DNA from: Chloroflexota bacterium
Lineage (GTDB): Bacteria > Chloroflexota > Ktedonobacteria > Ktedonobacterales > JACDGC01
Assembly: GCA_021778805.1 (NCBI GenBank)
Contig: JAJYBV010000001.1
Location: forward strand, 12,639-76,638
Reading direction: 5' to 3'
Length of the DNA stretch: 64,000 bases
The position numbers and the translations under genes are program-made. Numbering within the stretch: position 1 is the stretch's first letter; each line of letters opens with the position of its first letter. Below are positions 38,153 through 47,437 of the stretch, one piece after another. The notes beneath the pieces are model-generated. The model saw nothing but the letters and a program-made list of their open reading frames with translations, searched no databases and was not told the DNA's origin.

Positions 38153-38656
38153 ATGAGCCAAACAGCAACACAAACTTCACAACAAGCCCAAACAGGACTC
38201 GATGACGAACAAGTCGTCGTTTTTGATGTAGCCAATGAATTTTATGCGGTAAATATTGCGCGAGTACACGAAATTATTCGCCTGCAGCAAATTACCGTTA
38301 TTCCCGGCGCGCCTGAATTCGTTGAGGGCGTAATCAACTTGCGCGGAAAAGTTATTCCGGTTCTTGATTTACGCAAGCGATTTCACTTAAATGTATCGGA
38401 ACATACCCGTTCCAGCCGAATTGTAGTAGTGGAATTATCCAACCAAACAATAGGGTTGATTGTAGACGGCGTTTCTGAAGTATTAAGAATTCCTGCTGAT
38501 CAGGTTGATCCGCCATCTCCGCTGGTTGCCGGCATCGACAGCCGCTATTTGCGGGGCATTGCGAAGCTGGAAAACCGGCTTATCGTGCTGCTGGATATTG
38601 ATAAGGTGCTGTCTATCTTAGAACAGCAGCAAATCGAAGCCAGTTCGCTTAATTAA
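38153..38656 (+). CDS. cheW: Chemotaxis coupling protein CheW
   Basis: VVFDVANEFYAVNIARVHEIIRLQQITVIPGAPEFVEGVINLRGKVIPVLDLRKRF. Confidence 0.93.
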   Translation: MSQTATQTSQQAQTGLDDEQVVVFDVANEFYAVNIARVHEIIRLQQITVIPGAPEFVEGVINLRGKVIPVLDLRKRFHLNVSEHTRSSRIVVVELSNQTIGLIVDGVSEVLRIPADQVDPPSPLVAGIDSRYLRGIAKLENRLIVLLDIDKVLSILEQQQIEASSLN

Positions 38657-38719
38657 CCTTTAACCATTACCTGTTGTCTTGATTTTCCAAGCGCAGGATA
38701 CCTTATGAAGGGAAAGAAT

Positions 38720-41176
38720 ATGGCAGGAAAACAATTAACTTTCGACGCGACTCCCGAAGAACTGAATCTATTTATCAGTGAAGGTGAGGAACAGCTCGAA
38801 ATACTAAATCAAGATATTCTGCGCCTAGAGCAGGAAGGTGATTCCAACAGCGAACTGCTCCAGGAAATATTTCGCGCTGCGCATACACTAAAAGGTTCAT
38901 CCGGAGCAATCGGCCATCAACGAATGGCTAAATTAACTCACTCTGCAGAAACCGTTTTAGACCATGTGCGGCGCCATACATTGGCGGTTTCAACAAAACT
39001 TATCGATCTGTTATTGCAAAGCTTAGATGTGCTGCGTACACTTTTGGATGAAGTAACAACCGGCATAGAAAGTGAAATTACCATCGATAAACTGTGCGAT
39101 GACCTGAATGGTTTAGTAATTCAAAATAATAAAACCGAGCCGGAACAGCAAGCCGCAGCGCCTAAAGAACAGCCGGAAAAATCTGTAAAAGAAGCGAAAC
39201 TTACATTGGAAGACTTTATCAGCGGTTCGCATATTTGGGAAATTGACTGCGCTATAGACGAAAACTGCTTAATGCCGGCAGGAAGAGCATTGCAGGCTTA
39301 TATTGCCGTTCAACAATTCGGCAAAATTATACAGTCTTCTCCACCCGCAGATATTATTGAATTCGGCAAAGATCTTACTGTTAAAAATCTGCATTTTGAA
39401 TTAGATTTAGCTGCTCAGATGGATGGAATAGAGCAGGCGCTTAAAAGCGTATTAGAGAAAATACCGGAAATTAAAGTGGTTTCTTGCAAAACTGCCGGCG
39501 CTGGTTCGCCTGCAAATAATGCTGAAAACCAGAATACGGTTTCATGCAGCGCTACTATCGACGCAACATGCCCGATGCCTGCGGTGCGCGCTTTACAAGC
39601 AATTATTGCCGCCGGTAAGTTTGGGACTGTTGTTTCCTCTACGCCCAGCGCAGAAGATATCGACCAAAGCAAAGTAACAGCCGGCACGCTTGTACAGATG
39701 CAAGTTACGCCAAATATGCCACTCAGTGAATTTATTGATTCTTTAAGAAACGCTATTAACCATATTCCTGAATTGGCGTATGTAGAATCGGCGCAAACGC
39801 AGCCTGAACATACAGCCGCTACAGCCGCTGAAGGGAAAAATATTACGCCTGCCGCTGAAAAAACCGTAACAGAAAACACGGTAAAATCGGCAGCAGAACC
39901 AAAAAATTCCACCGCAACAGATGCAGAAACGCAATCAAAAACCGGGGCCACCGCCAGCCATGCGCCGCGAATGGTTCGTATTGATGTGGAACGGCTAGAT
40001 GCGCTGATGAACTTAGTCGGCGAATTAGTCATCGACCGCACACGGCTTGCCAGAATAGCTTCGCAATTAAATGGGCACACCGATAACCCGGCAATTGTAG
40101 AAGATTTAACCGAAACAAGCCGCCGTTTAACCAGATTAAGCGACGACCTTCAGGTTGAAGTTATGCGTTCACGCATGCTGCCTATTGAATCGGTATTCAG
40201 CAAATTCCCGCGGCTGGTGCGCGATTTAGCGCAAAAAGTTTCCAAACACATAGACTTTATTGTTGAAGGAAAAGATACAGAATTGGACCGCAGTGTTGCG
40301 GAACAAATCAGTGATCCCATCATTCACTTGCTGCGAAACTCTATTGACCATGGAATAGAAACAGAAGAAGAACGCACCGCGATAGGCAAAAATCCCGTTG
40401 GACAAATACGGCTTTCGGCGCGACATGAAGAAAACCAGATTGTTATTGATGTCGAAGATGATGGTCATGGTATTGATTCAGAGAAATTAAAGGCAAAAGC
40501 ATTAAGTAAAGGACTAATTACCAGTGAAACCGCTTCCCATATGGGAACTCGTGAAGCGCTGGAATTGATATTTCTTTCGGGATTTTCTACCGCTGAAAAA
40601 ATCAGTGATATCTCCGGCCGCGGCGTTGGAATGGATATTGTTCGCACCAATATCGAAAAACTAAATGGTTCTGTTACCTTAGAAACTGAAATTGGCCAAG
40701 GAACTCGATTTACCGTGCGGCTTCCGCTTACATTGGCAATTATTCGCGCGCTGCTGATAAATGTTGGCAGCCAGGTATATGCCCTGCCGCTTAATTCGGT
40801 TATTGAAGCTTTGCGCATCGAAGCAAAAGAAATTCGCTCTATTAACAACCACGAAGCGATTGAACTGCGCGGCGAAGTGCTTCCGCTCATTCGGTTAGCG
40901 GAATTTTTTGACGGTAAAGTTGAACGAAACACAAGCGCTGATGCGCGTGAATTTATTGTTGCCGTGCGTTGGGGTAACCGACGCGGCGGATTAATAGTAG
41001 ATTCGCTGATTGGCGAACAAGAAATCGTTATTAAGTCTTTAGGCAATGTATTCCGCGCTTCAAACGGTGTTTCGGGCGGCGCAGTACTCGGAGACGGTCA
41101 GGTTGCTCCAATTTTGGACATTCCTGCAATTATAAAACAAATTATCAGTGCAGAACGTGACCGCGTTCCGGCATAG
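38720..41176 (+). CDS. cheA: Chemotaxis histidine kinase CheA with two tandem P2-like domains
   Basis: HPt domain (FRAAHTLKGSSGAIG), a dimerisation region (RIDVERLDALMNLVGELVI), an HATPase (N-box HLLRNSIDHGIE, DDGHGID, GRGVGMD) and a C-terminal CheW-like domain. The ATG at 38720 has a better RBS (aaggga) than the one at 38705. Confidence 0.93.
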   Translation: MAGKQLTFDATPEELNLFISEGEEQLEILNQDILRLEQEGDSNSELLQEIFRAAHTLKGSSGAIGHQRMAKLTHSAETVLDHVRRHTLAVSTKLIDLLLQSLDVLRTLLDEVTTGIESEITIDKLCDDLNGLVIQNNKTEPEQQAAAPKEQPEKSVKEAKLTLEDFISGSHIWEIDCAIDENCLMPAGRALQAYIAVQQFGKIIQSSPPADIIEFGKDLTVKNLHFELDLAAQMDGIEQALKSVLEKIPEIKVVSCKTAGAGSPANNAENQNTVSCSATIDATCPMPAVRALQAIIAAGKFGTVVSSTPSAEDIDQSKVTAGTLVQMQVTPNMPLSEFIDSLRNAINHIPELAYVESAQTQPEHTAATAAEGKNITPAAEKTVTENTVKSAAEPKNSTATDAETQSKTGATASHAPRMVRIDVERLDALMNLVGELVIDRTRLARIASQLNGHTDNPAIVEDLTETSRRLTRLSDDLQVEVMRSRMLPIESVFSKFPRLVRDLAQKVSKHIDFIVEGKDTELDRSVAEQISDPIIHLLRNSIDHGIETEEERTAIGKNPVGQIRLSARHEENQIVIDVEDDGHGIDSEKLKAKALSKGLITSETASHMGTREALELIFLSGFSTAEKISDISGRGVGMDIVRTNIEKLNGSVTLETEIGQGTRFTVRLPLTLAIIRALLINVGSQVYALPLNSVIEALRIEAKEIRSINNHEAIELRGEVLPLIRLAEFFDGKVERNTSADAREFIVAVRWGNRRGGLIVDSLIGEQEIVIKSLGNVFRASNGVSGGAVLGDGQVAPILDIPAIIKQIISAERDRVPA

Positions 41177-41182
41177 GAGATA

Positions 41183-41875
41183 ATGATGGCACTTGAAGAG
41201 CCGGGAGAATCTAGATTTCTCCTAACCAAAAAACATGCACGTGAATTGGAATTAGCGCATAAATATATCAGCGCAGGATTGCTTAAAGCCGGCAAACAGC
41301 TATCGCAATTCGTTGGGCGCGAAATAGTAGTGCAGGCGCCCAGATTGGACCTGTGCCCGATAGACCAGCTGATAGAAGTTGCGCTCGGCTCTGCAGTAGA
41401 AGATGCGCAATATTCGGAATCCGAACGTGTACAAACAGGGATATATCTGGGGATGGAAGGCGATATTGAAGGACATTTCCTTCTGATGCTGGATCCTGCA
41501 GACGCAATTTCCTTGGTAGAGCCTTTAGTAAACGAATTAGGTGTTTCTCCCGATATACATGAAGAAATTATTCAATCTGCGTTAGGTGAGTTGGGTAATA
41601 TTACCGCAAGCGGCATATTTAACGCCATGGCGGATATATCGGGTTTGCGAATAGGACCATCTTGTCCGGCAGTAGTTACTGATATGGCCGGCGCAATTTT
41701 GGAAACACCCATGCTGGATATTGCGCAATTTGCCGAGGAAAGTATCTATATTGATACTCGTATGGAAATGGATAAACTGGCAGCGCGCTGCACATTAGCA
41801 ATAATTCCGCGGCCGGAAGGGTTACAGCGATTTATCAATGCGCTTACTCCCAGAATAGTGGGAGGGCATAGGTAA
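41183..41875 (+). CDS. cheC: CheC-family CheY-P phosphatase
   Basis: The ALGELGNITASGIFNAMADISGLRIGPSCP motif (E-x2-N-x22-P) is present. The first repeat has H in place of the N (ELAHKYISAG...). Confidence 0.7.
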   Translation: MMALEEPGESRFLLTKKHARELELAHKYISAGLLKAGKQLSQFVGREIVVQAPRLDLCPIDQLIEVALGSAVEDAQYSESERVQTGIYLGMEGDIEGHFLLMLDPADAISLVEPLVNELGVSPDIHEEIIQSALGELGNITASGIFNAMADISGLRIGPSCPAVVTDMAGAILETPMLDIAQFAEESIYIDTRMEMDKLAARCTLAIIPRPEGLQRFINALTPRIVGGHR

Positions 41876-42402
41876 TGGTAGCTTTAAGCTCTTCATTTGA
41901 TGAGCTGCCAAGCAGTTCTGCGGTTCCGGTAGGTATCGCGCAAATGGTTATCAGTCGAGATCCGCGGGAAACTTTGGCAGCTTATGGTTTAGGCTCTTGT
42001 GTAGGGATTGCAGTGTACGACCCAACAGCGCATGTTGCCGGAATGCTGCATATTTTACTGCCCGAGCCAGCAGGCGCAATAACCGAAGCAAACAAACTCC
42101 GTTTTGCCAAAACCGGTATACCATTATTTATTAAAGCAGTGGAAAACAACGGAGGAATGCGCAGCAGAATGCGTATCGTGGCCGCCGGAGGAGCCTTAAC
42201 TCTTGGCAAACTATCGGTCATGGGGCCAGCCGGACCAATCGGCAAACGTAACAGTGATGCGGTTACTCTTGCTTTGCAAGAAGAAGGTTTAAAACTAGAC
42301 ACTTTTGATTTTGGCGGATCTGCAGGAAGAACGCTGACATTGGCAACGGCAACCGGGAAAGTGTTTTGCCGCTCGGTGGGATCTGTGCCCAAAGAGCTGT
42401 AA
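41875..42402 (+). CDS. cheD: Chemoreceptor glutamine deamidase CheD
   Basis: AYGLGSCVGIAVYDPTAHVAGMLHILLP. The ATG overlaps the cheC stop. Confidence 0.88.
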   Translation: MVALSSSFDELPSSSAVPVGIAQMVISRDPRETLAAYGLGSCVGIAVYDPTAHVAGMLHILLPEPAGAITEANKLRFAKTGIPLFIKAVENNGGMRSRMRIVAAGGALTLGKLSVMGPAGPIGKRNSDAVTLALQEEGLKLDTFDFGGSAGRTLTLATATGKVFCRSVGSVPKEL

Positions 42403-42458
42403 AATTTCCGAATAGCGCCCGGAACATTTATTAAATATACATTTAGGAGACAACACTC

Positions 42459-42815
42459 ATGGCAAAAGTTTTACTTGTAGACGATGCGGCGTTTATGCGC
42501 ATGCGCTGCGCTAAAGTAATTACCAAAATGGGGCATTCGGTAATTGAAGCAGAAAACGGCGCTCAGGCCGTTGATTCATTCGACCGCGAACAGCCCGACC
42601 TCGTTTTGTTGGATATTACTATGCCCGAAATGGATGGAATTACTGCACTAAAAATCATCCGGCAACATGCGCCGGCAGCAAAAGTTGCGATGGTTTCGGC
42701 CATGGGGCAGCAAGATATGGTGCTGGAAGCTATTAAATCTGGCGCTGCAGATTTTGTTTTAAAGCCGTTTGATGAATCTCGTTTAGTTTCGGCAATTGAA
42801 AAACTTTTGGGATAA
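42459..42815 (+). CDS. cheY: Chemotaxis response regulator CheY
   Basis: 118 aa. Contains KVLLVDDAAFMR, DLVLLDITMPEMDG and DFVLKPF. Confidence 0.9.
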   Translation: MAKVLLVDDAAFMRMRCAKVITKMGHSVIEAENGAQAVDSFDREQPDLVLLDITMPEMDGITALKIIRQHAPAAKVAMVSAMGQQDMVLEAIKSGAADFVLKPFDESRLVSAIEKLLG

Positions 42816-42845
42816 TTCCGTGAAAAACAGAACAGGAGTGGCACA

Positions 42846-43994
42846 ATGACATACCAACGGCCAGGTTCTTTTAACAATGGAAAATCTTCAAACGGCGGCG
42901 ATACAATTAAGGTTTTGATTGTTGATGACAGCGCGTTTATGCGGCATGTCATCTCTCGCGAGCTGACAGCAGACCCATCTATTTCTATTGTTGGAACCGC
43001 AAATAATGGCTTAGAAGCAATTGAACAGGCAGTTTCATTACATCCGGATGTTATTACACTGGATATTGAAATGCCTCGGATGGGCGGATTAGAAGCGCTG
43101 CCAAAGATTTTGGAAAAAAGCAAGGCGCGCGTAGTTATGCTGAGTAGTGTAGATGGGCCAAACAAAGCAAATACGGTAAAAGCTCTCGAATTAGGCGCCG
43201 TAGACTTTATTTTAAAGCCCTCCGGTTCAATTTCGCCAAATTTATCCAGTATTCACGATACACTCATCAACGCAGTAAAACGCGCTTATGCGGCGCAGGT
43301 TCGCAAACCGTTTGCGCAAATCCAGCAATCGGGCGGAAAAACTTTTACCGCAAATACATCAGCGGCGGCTAAATCAAAACAAGTTGGGGCGCCAGCGCGC
43401 AAAATAGTTATCATCGGCAGCTCTACCGGCGGCCCGCAAGCGCTGACCGTGCTGGTTCCACAACTACAAATAGAGCAAGATATTGGTTTCGTTATTGTGC
43501 AGCATATGCCCGCAGGATTTACCGCGTCATTATCCGCAAGGTTGAATGATATGTCTGCGCTGCAGGTGCGCGAAGCTGCCGCCGGCGATATTGTGCATAC
43601 CGGTGAAGCGTTAGTTGCCCCCGGAGATTACCATTTGCGTTTTGCGCCGGATACTTCCGGTATCAAAATAGAGTTAGATCAGGCGCCAAGAGTACATGGT
43701 GTGCGTCCATCCGTAGATGTAGCCTTCTTTTCCGCCGCCGAAACTCTTGCCGGCAGAGTCTATGGGGTGGTATTAACCGGTATGGGCAGTGATGGCGCCA
43801 GCGGCGCCGGCGCAATTCTCGCTGCGCAAGGGTGGGTGCTGACCCAAAATGAATCTTCGTGTGTGATTTACGGCATGCCCAGAAGTGTAGTAGAGGCCGG
43901 ATTTTCCACCGCAGTTTATTCTATTCAGGATATGGCGGGCGCCATTGCTTCACATTTGCATGGCGTTTCAACTTACTCGCGCAAAGGAGCTTAA
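42846..43994 (+). CDS. cheB: Protein-glutamate methylesterase CheB (REC + esterase)
   Basis: Contains IKVLIVDDSAFMR, VVIIGSSTGGPQAL, VQHMPAGFT and LTGMGSDGA. Confidence 0.92.
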   Translation: MTYQRPGSFNNGKSSNGGDTIKVLIVDDSAFMRHVISRELTADPSISIVGTANNGLEAIEQAVSLHPDVITLDIEMPRMGGLEALPKILEKSKARVVMLSSVDGPNKANTVKALELGAVDFILKPSGSISPNLSSIHDTLINAVKRAYAAQVRKPFAQIQQSGGKTFTANTSAAAKSKQVGAPARKIVIIGSSTGGPQALTVLVPQLQIEQDIGFVIVQHMPAGFTASLSARLNDMSALQVREAAAGDIVHTGEALVAPGDYHLRFAPDTSGIKIELDQAPRVHGVRPSVDVAFFSAAETLAGRVYGVVLTGMGSDGASGAGAILAAQGWVLTQNESSCVIYGMPRSVVEAGFSTAVYSIQDMAGAIASHLHGVSTYSRKGA

Positions 43995-43999
43995 CATAT

Positions 44000-44821
44000 A
44001 TGCCTATTGATTTTCCGCAGCCAATGAAACCGTCACAAAATGATGACGCCGGCTACAATGCGGTCCACAAACGAGTGTTAGAGCTTACCGGCATCGATCT
44101 CGATTCTTATAAGCGTCCGCAGATGCTGCGTCGTTTAGACGCGATTATATCTCGCAGACAGTTAAACGGATTGGCGCAGCTGGCAAGTGAACTAAAACCA
44201 GGCTCTGAATTATTGCAAGAGTTTATGGAACGGTTTACCATTAACGTTTCGGAATGTTTTCGAGATAAGCCGCGCTTTGAAATTTTAGCAAATCAAATTA
44301 TTCCCGAAGCGTTGAAACACACACCACGGGTGCGCGTGTGGAGCGCCGGATGCTCTTATGGCGCCGAGCCATATTCCATCTCGCTTATTTTTCAAGAATT
44401 GCATACAGCTGGCTGTACCATCACCGCAACAGATATCGATCCTAAAATTTTGGCGGCGGCGCGCGCCGGAGAAAGCTTTACTTCCAATGATTTGAAAAAT
44501 CTGCCGGCAAATCTTGCTTCAAAATATTTTACCCATTTGCCAAACGGCAATTATCGTGTGAGCGATTCTTTAAAACCTGCAATCACGTTTAAGCAGCATA
44601 ATCTGCTTTCTCCACCACCAGATTCAAATTTCGATATAGTGGTTTGCAGAAATGTGACGATTTATTTTACCGAAGAGGCAAAAGATCGCGTTACACAATA
44701 TTTGGTCAACGCTTTAAAACCCGGTGGCGTTTTGTTTATTGGAGAAACCGAAACAATTCACAGACCAAACAGATTTGGGTTATCACTGCGATCGACATCA
44801 TTCTATGAACGGGCAGCCTAA
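44000..44821 (+). CDS. cheR: Chemotaxis protein methyltransferase CheR
   Basis: Starts MPIDFPQ and contains TGIDLDSYKRPQMLRRL, FFRD-like ECFRD, VWSAGCSYGAEPYS and IVVCRNVTIYF. RBS aaaggag. The ORF track start at 43859 overlaps cheB. Confidence 0.9.
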   Translation: MPIDFPQPMKPSQNDDAGYNAVHKRVLELTGIDLDSYKRPQMLRRLDAIISRRQLNGLAQLASELKPGSELLQEFMERFTINVSECFRDKPRFEILANQIIPEALKHTPRVRVWSAGCSYGAEPYSISLIFQELHTAGCTITATDIDPKILAAARAGESFTSNDLKNLPANLASKYFTHLPNGNYRVSDSLKPAITFKQHNLLSPPPDSNFDIVVCRNVTIYFTEEAKDRVTQYLVNALKPGGVLFIGETETIHRPNRFGLSLRSTSFYERAA

Positions 44822-44879
44822 TATTAAAAAGGAGATGGCGCGGAATTCTATGCGGCGCAACCGCGCGCAGCCGCGCTGA

Positions 44880-45362
44880 GTGAACATGAAAGTTGAATTT
44901 ATTAATCCGTTTGTAAAAGCGGCCATCGACGTTTTGCGCTCGGAAATTAAGTCCGATGTGGAACGCGGAAAGCTTCGCTTGGAAACATCCTCGGCGGCGT
45001 CGCACGATGTTTCGGTTATGATCGGCTTAACCGGAGACGCTCAAGGGGTGGTTTTATATGGCATGCAGGTAGAAACCGCTGTTCAAATTGTCAGCCGGAT
45101 GCTCGACCAAGAATGTGACGAGCTAGACGCCATGGCGCAAAGCGGTATTGCTGAAATGGGCAATGTTATTACCGGGTTAGCCAGTCGTGGTTTATCTGAA
45201 GCGGGGTTTCAGTGCAATATTACACCGCCAACACTCATTGTTGGAAAAAATACCCAAATCGGCACCCTTGATATACCGCGAATTGCGCTTCCTTTAAAAA
45301 CCGAGTGCGGCGAAATTGAAATTAATCTTGCTTTGCGTGAATTGAAGTCGCAGGCGGCATAA
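44880..45362 (+). CDS. cheX: CheX/CheC-like chemotaxis phosphatase
   Basis: Contains FINPFVKAAIDVL, HDVSVMIGLTGDAQGVVLYGM and GIAEMGNVITG. The start is GTG 44880 or ATG 44886. Confidence 0.6.
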   Translation: MNMKVEFINPFVKAAIDVLRSEIKSDVERGKLRLETSSAASHDVSVMIGLTGDAQGVVLYGMQVETAVQIVSRMLDQECDELDAMAQSGIAEMGNVITGLASRGLSEAGFQCNITPPTLIVGKNTQIGTLDIPRIALPLKTECGEIEINLALRELKSQAA

Positions 45363-45423
45363 CATTAGATTCTATTCTGCAATATTGAGCGACGGCGCAA
45401 TATATTATTCAATAGTACATAAA

Positions 45424-45462
45424 AATCGGGATGATTTTGAGATCACCCCGATTTATTTTTTT
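45424..45462. terminator. Hairpin with flanking A and T runs between convergent cheX and the TM2 gene
   Basis: aaaaatcgggatgat-tttga-gatcaccccgatttattttttt. Confidence 0.65.
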
Positions 45463-45499
45463 ATCGGCGCTCACTTGATGGTTCGGCGCGCAATACTCG

Positions 45500-47167
45500 C
45501 TATTCGGCTATTGGCCCGCCTAAATGGCCATGGCCGCTTGAATCAACCGGCGTGGGATTTGGATCTTCACCGCTTGTAGATCCGGTAGATGAGCCGACTC
45601 CGCCGCTCGGTGTATTATTTCCCGATGAGCCGACTCCGCCCCCAGGAGTGTTATCTCCCGATGAGCCAACTCCGCCCCCAGGACCGTTTTCCGATCCGGC
45701 GCCATTACCTACTGAAACAGCCGGAGGCAAATCACTCGGTGGCAGCGCAATTGCCCTATCTGTATGCAAAGATGAAATATCTTTCCACACTTCGTGATTA
45801 AGGCTTGGTGTTTGCGCTGTTGCTTCAGCAGTGGTTAACAATGGACGGGTGTCTTCGATGATATTGTGAGGATTGGCTGTAAAAATATTTTCCTCTGCCG
45901 TATGTGATGCGCTGGAAACTATATTTGCTGCGGCAGCTTCCACATGCGGCGCAGAACTTGCCGGAACGGCTTCGGGTTTATCCGCCGGTTGCGGCGCTTG
46001 CGGCTCTTCAGCCGGTACATGCGCGGCAGCTTCCTGATGCGCCGCAACTTCAGCCGTCACCGCGGATCCTGCTCCAATGATCGCTGTTGCCTCTGCGGCG
46101 CGCTGCAAATCAGATGAAGGATTTTCCGCCGCAGTTTTTTCAGCGCCGCCATATACTTGGTCTACAGTTGCGCTGGTAAACAAACCAGATTCCGCAGCGG
46201 TTTCGGGTTTATCCGCTGGTTGCGGCGCTTGCGGCTCTTCAGCCGGTACATGCGCGGCAGCTTCCTGATGCGCATCAACCTCAGCCGTCATCGCGGCTCC
46301 CGCGCCAATCATTGCTGCTGATTCTGCGGCGCGCTGCAAGTCAGATGAAGGATTTTTCGCCGCAGTTTCTTCAGCGCCGCCATATATTTGGTCTACAGTT
46401 GCGCTGGTAAATAAACCAGATTCCGCAGTGACTTCAGGTTTATCCGCTGAATTTTCTGATTCCGGCATGGCGGCCGGCGTATGAAGCACATCTGAATCCT
46501 GAGTTTGCACAGCAGAAACCGAAGCTATATTTTCCATCGTCAAGGGTTCGTCGTCTTCATAAAACACTAATACGCCTTCATCTCCTTGCTCTGGAGTTTC
46601 AATGAAATCGGCCGTATTACTTTCTGCCGCTGCAGTTTCAAGCGCCACTTCATCAGTAGATTCGGTGGGCGCAGGAGTTGATTGTGGTGTCAACTCTGCT
46701 GTGGATTCATTTGCAGGCATATCGGTTGTATGCACCGGCAATTCAATTAAATTGGGATTAACCGCCGAACTATCAAATGCTTCATTAGCCATAGCCGCTG
46801 CAGCTGCAATATCGGCAGCAGTAATCACACCTTGTTCAGCAGGTGGGGGTTCATGCTGCAATGTGTTAATAATTCGCTGCGCAATGGCCTCATTTTTCTC
46901 CAAAACCAGGTTATGCAAATCACCGCTTATAAGTTCATATAAAGCATAAAATGTTGGAATAAAAGTCCAGCTAAACAGAACACTCAGTATGCCATATTCA
47001 AAATTTCCCAGATAAAACTGCTGTAAGCCGAATGTGCCCAGCAAAGGCAGTGACAATATACGCGCGGTAGTTTCATTCTTTTTTTGCCGAACATACCGGC
47101 TATGAAATTCATTTTTTTGGTCGAAATTCAAAGAAAATAGCATAGACTCTATAGAATCTTCTATCAT
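45500..47167 (-). CDS. TM2-domain membrane protein with a long low-complexity, internally repeated C-terminal region
   Basis: The N-terminal part, ILSLPLLGTFGLQQFYLGNFEYGILSVLFSWTFIP, is TM2-like. It is followed by an Ala/Glu/Pro-rich region with two 77-aa repeats and a Gly/Ser-rich 12-aa x3 tail. Confidence 0.65.
   Translation of the reverse strand: MIEDSIESMLFSLNFDQKNEFHSRYVRQKKNETTARILSLPLLGTFGLQQFYLGNFEYGILSVLFSWTFIPTFYALYELISGDLHNLVLEKNEAIAQRIINTLQHEPPPAEQGVITAADIAAAAAMANEAFDSSAVNPNLIELPVHTTDMPANESTAELTPQSTPAPTESTDEVALETAAAESNTADFIETPEQGDEGVLVFYEDDEPLTMENIASVSAVQTQDSDVLHTPAAMPESENSADKPEVTAESGLFTSATVDQIYGGAEETAAKNPSSDLQRAAESAAMIGAGAAMTAEVDAHQEAAAHVPAEEPQAPQPADKPETAAESGLFTSATVDQVYGGAEKTAAENPSSDLQRAAEATAIIGAGSAVTAEVAAHQEAAAHVPAEEPQAPQPADKPEAVPASSAPHVEAAAANIVSSASHTAEENIFTANPHNIIEDTRPLLTTAEATAQTPSLNHEVWKDISSLHTDRAIALPPSDLPPAVSVGNGAGSENGPGGGVGSSGDNTPGGGVGSSGNNTPSGGVGSSTGSTSGEDPNPTPVDSSGHGHLGGPIAE
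45588..45695. repeat. Intragenic 36-bp x3 tandem repeat (encodes GGVGSSG(D/N)NTP(G/S))
   Basis: gatgagccgactc starts at 45588 and 45624, with the variant gatgagccaactc at 45660. Confidence 0.85.
45973..46434. repeat. Intragenic 231-bp x2 tandem repeat (77 aa units)
   Basis: cgggtttatccgc recurs at 45973 and 46204, and a third partial start (caggtttatccgc) is at 46435. The units are roughly 85-90% identical by eye. Confidence 0.9.
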
Positions 47168-47339
47168 AGCGCTGTAACCTCCTTCAAGTTTGTTGTTTTA
47201 TTAAAAATTACCAAATCTACAATAGCATGGATTGAGGAAAGCCGCAACAACATAGCAGTGTTATCTATGCACTATTGTACTTTTCAAAGCGCCATTTTCT
47301 TGTTCATACGGCTGCATGCAATTCAGCGCACAAACAAGT

Positions 47340-47366
47340 TAACGTTTTTGCGGCGCCTGCCGATAT
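47340..47366 (+). promoter_or_regulatory. Sigma28-type promoter match upstream of the LysM-SLT gene
   Basis: TAAc (47340-47343), N15, GCCGATAt (47359-47366). It is about 70 nt upstream of the ATG at 47438. Confidence 0.45.
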
Positions 47367-47437
47367 ATAGTATAAAGCATATCATTTTGAAGAGCAAATG
47401 CTTTATTGTGTTTTATCATAAGGGAGTAGCAGATATT

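Noticed and set aside
39415-41046. Long antisense ORFs inside cheA (39415..40080, 221 aa; 40465..41046, 193 aa). Similar ones lie opposite cheY/cheB (42563..43165), the CHAT gene (8138..8734), prsW (51833..52354), the MCP (59405..59860) and the ACAD gene (48904..49383).
   Set aside because: The sense-strand products have unambiguous family signatures. The antisense peptides are low complexity, rich in Ser, Ala, Pro and Arg, and have no RBS or recognisable domains. This is typical of shadow ORFs opposite codon-biased genes.
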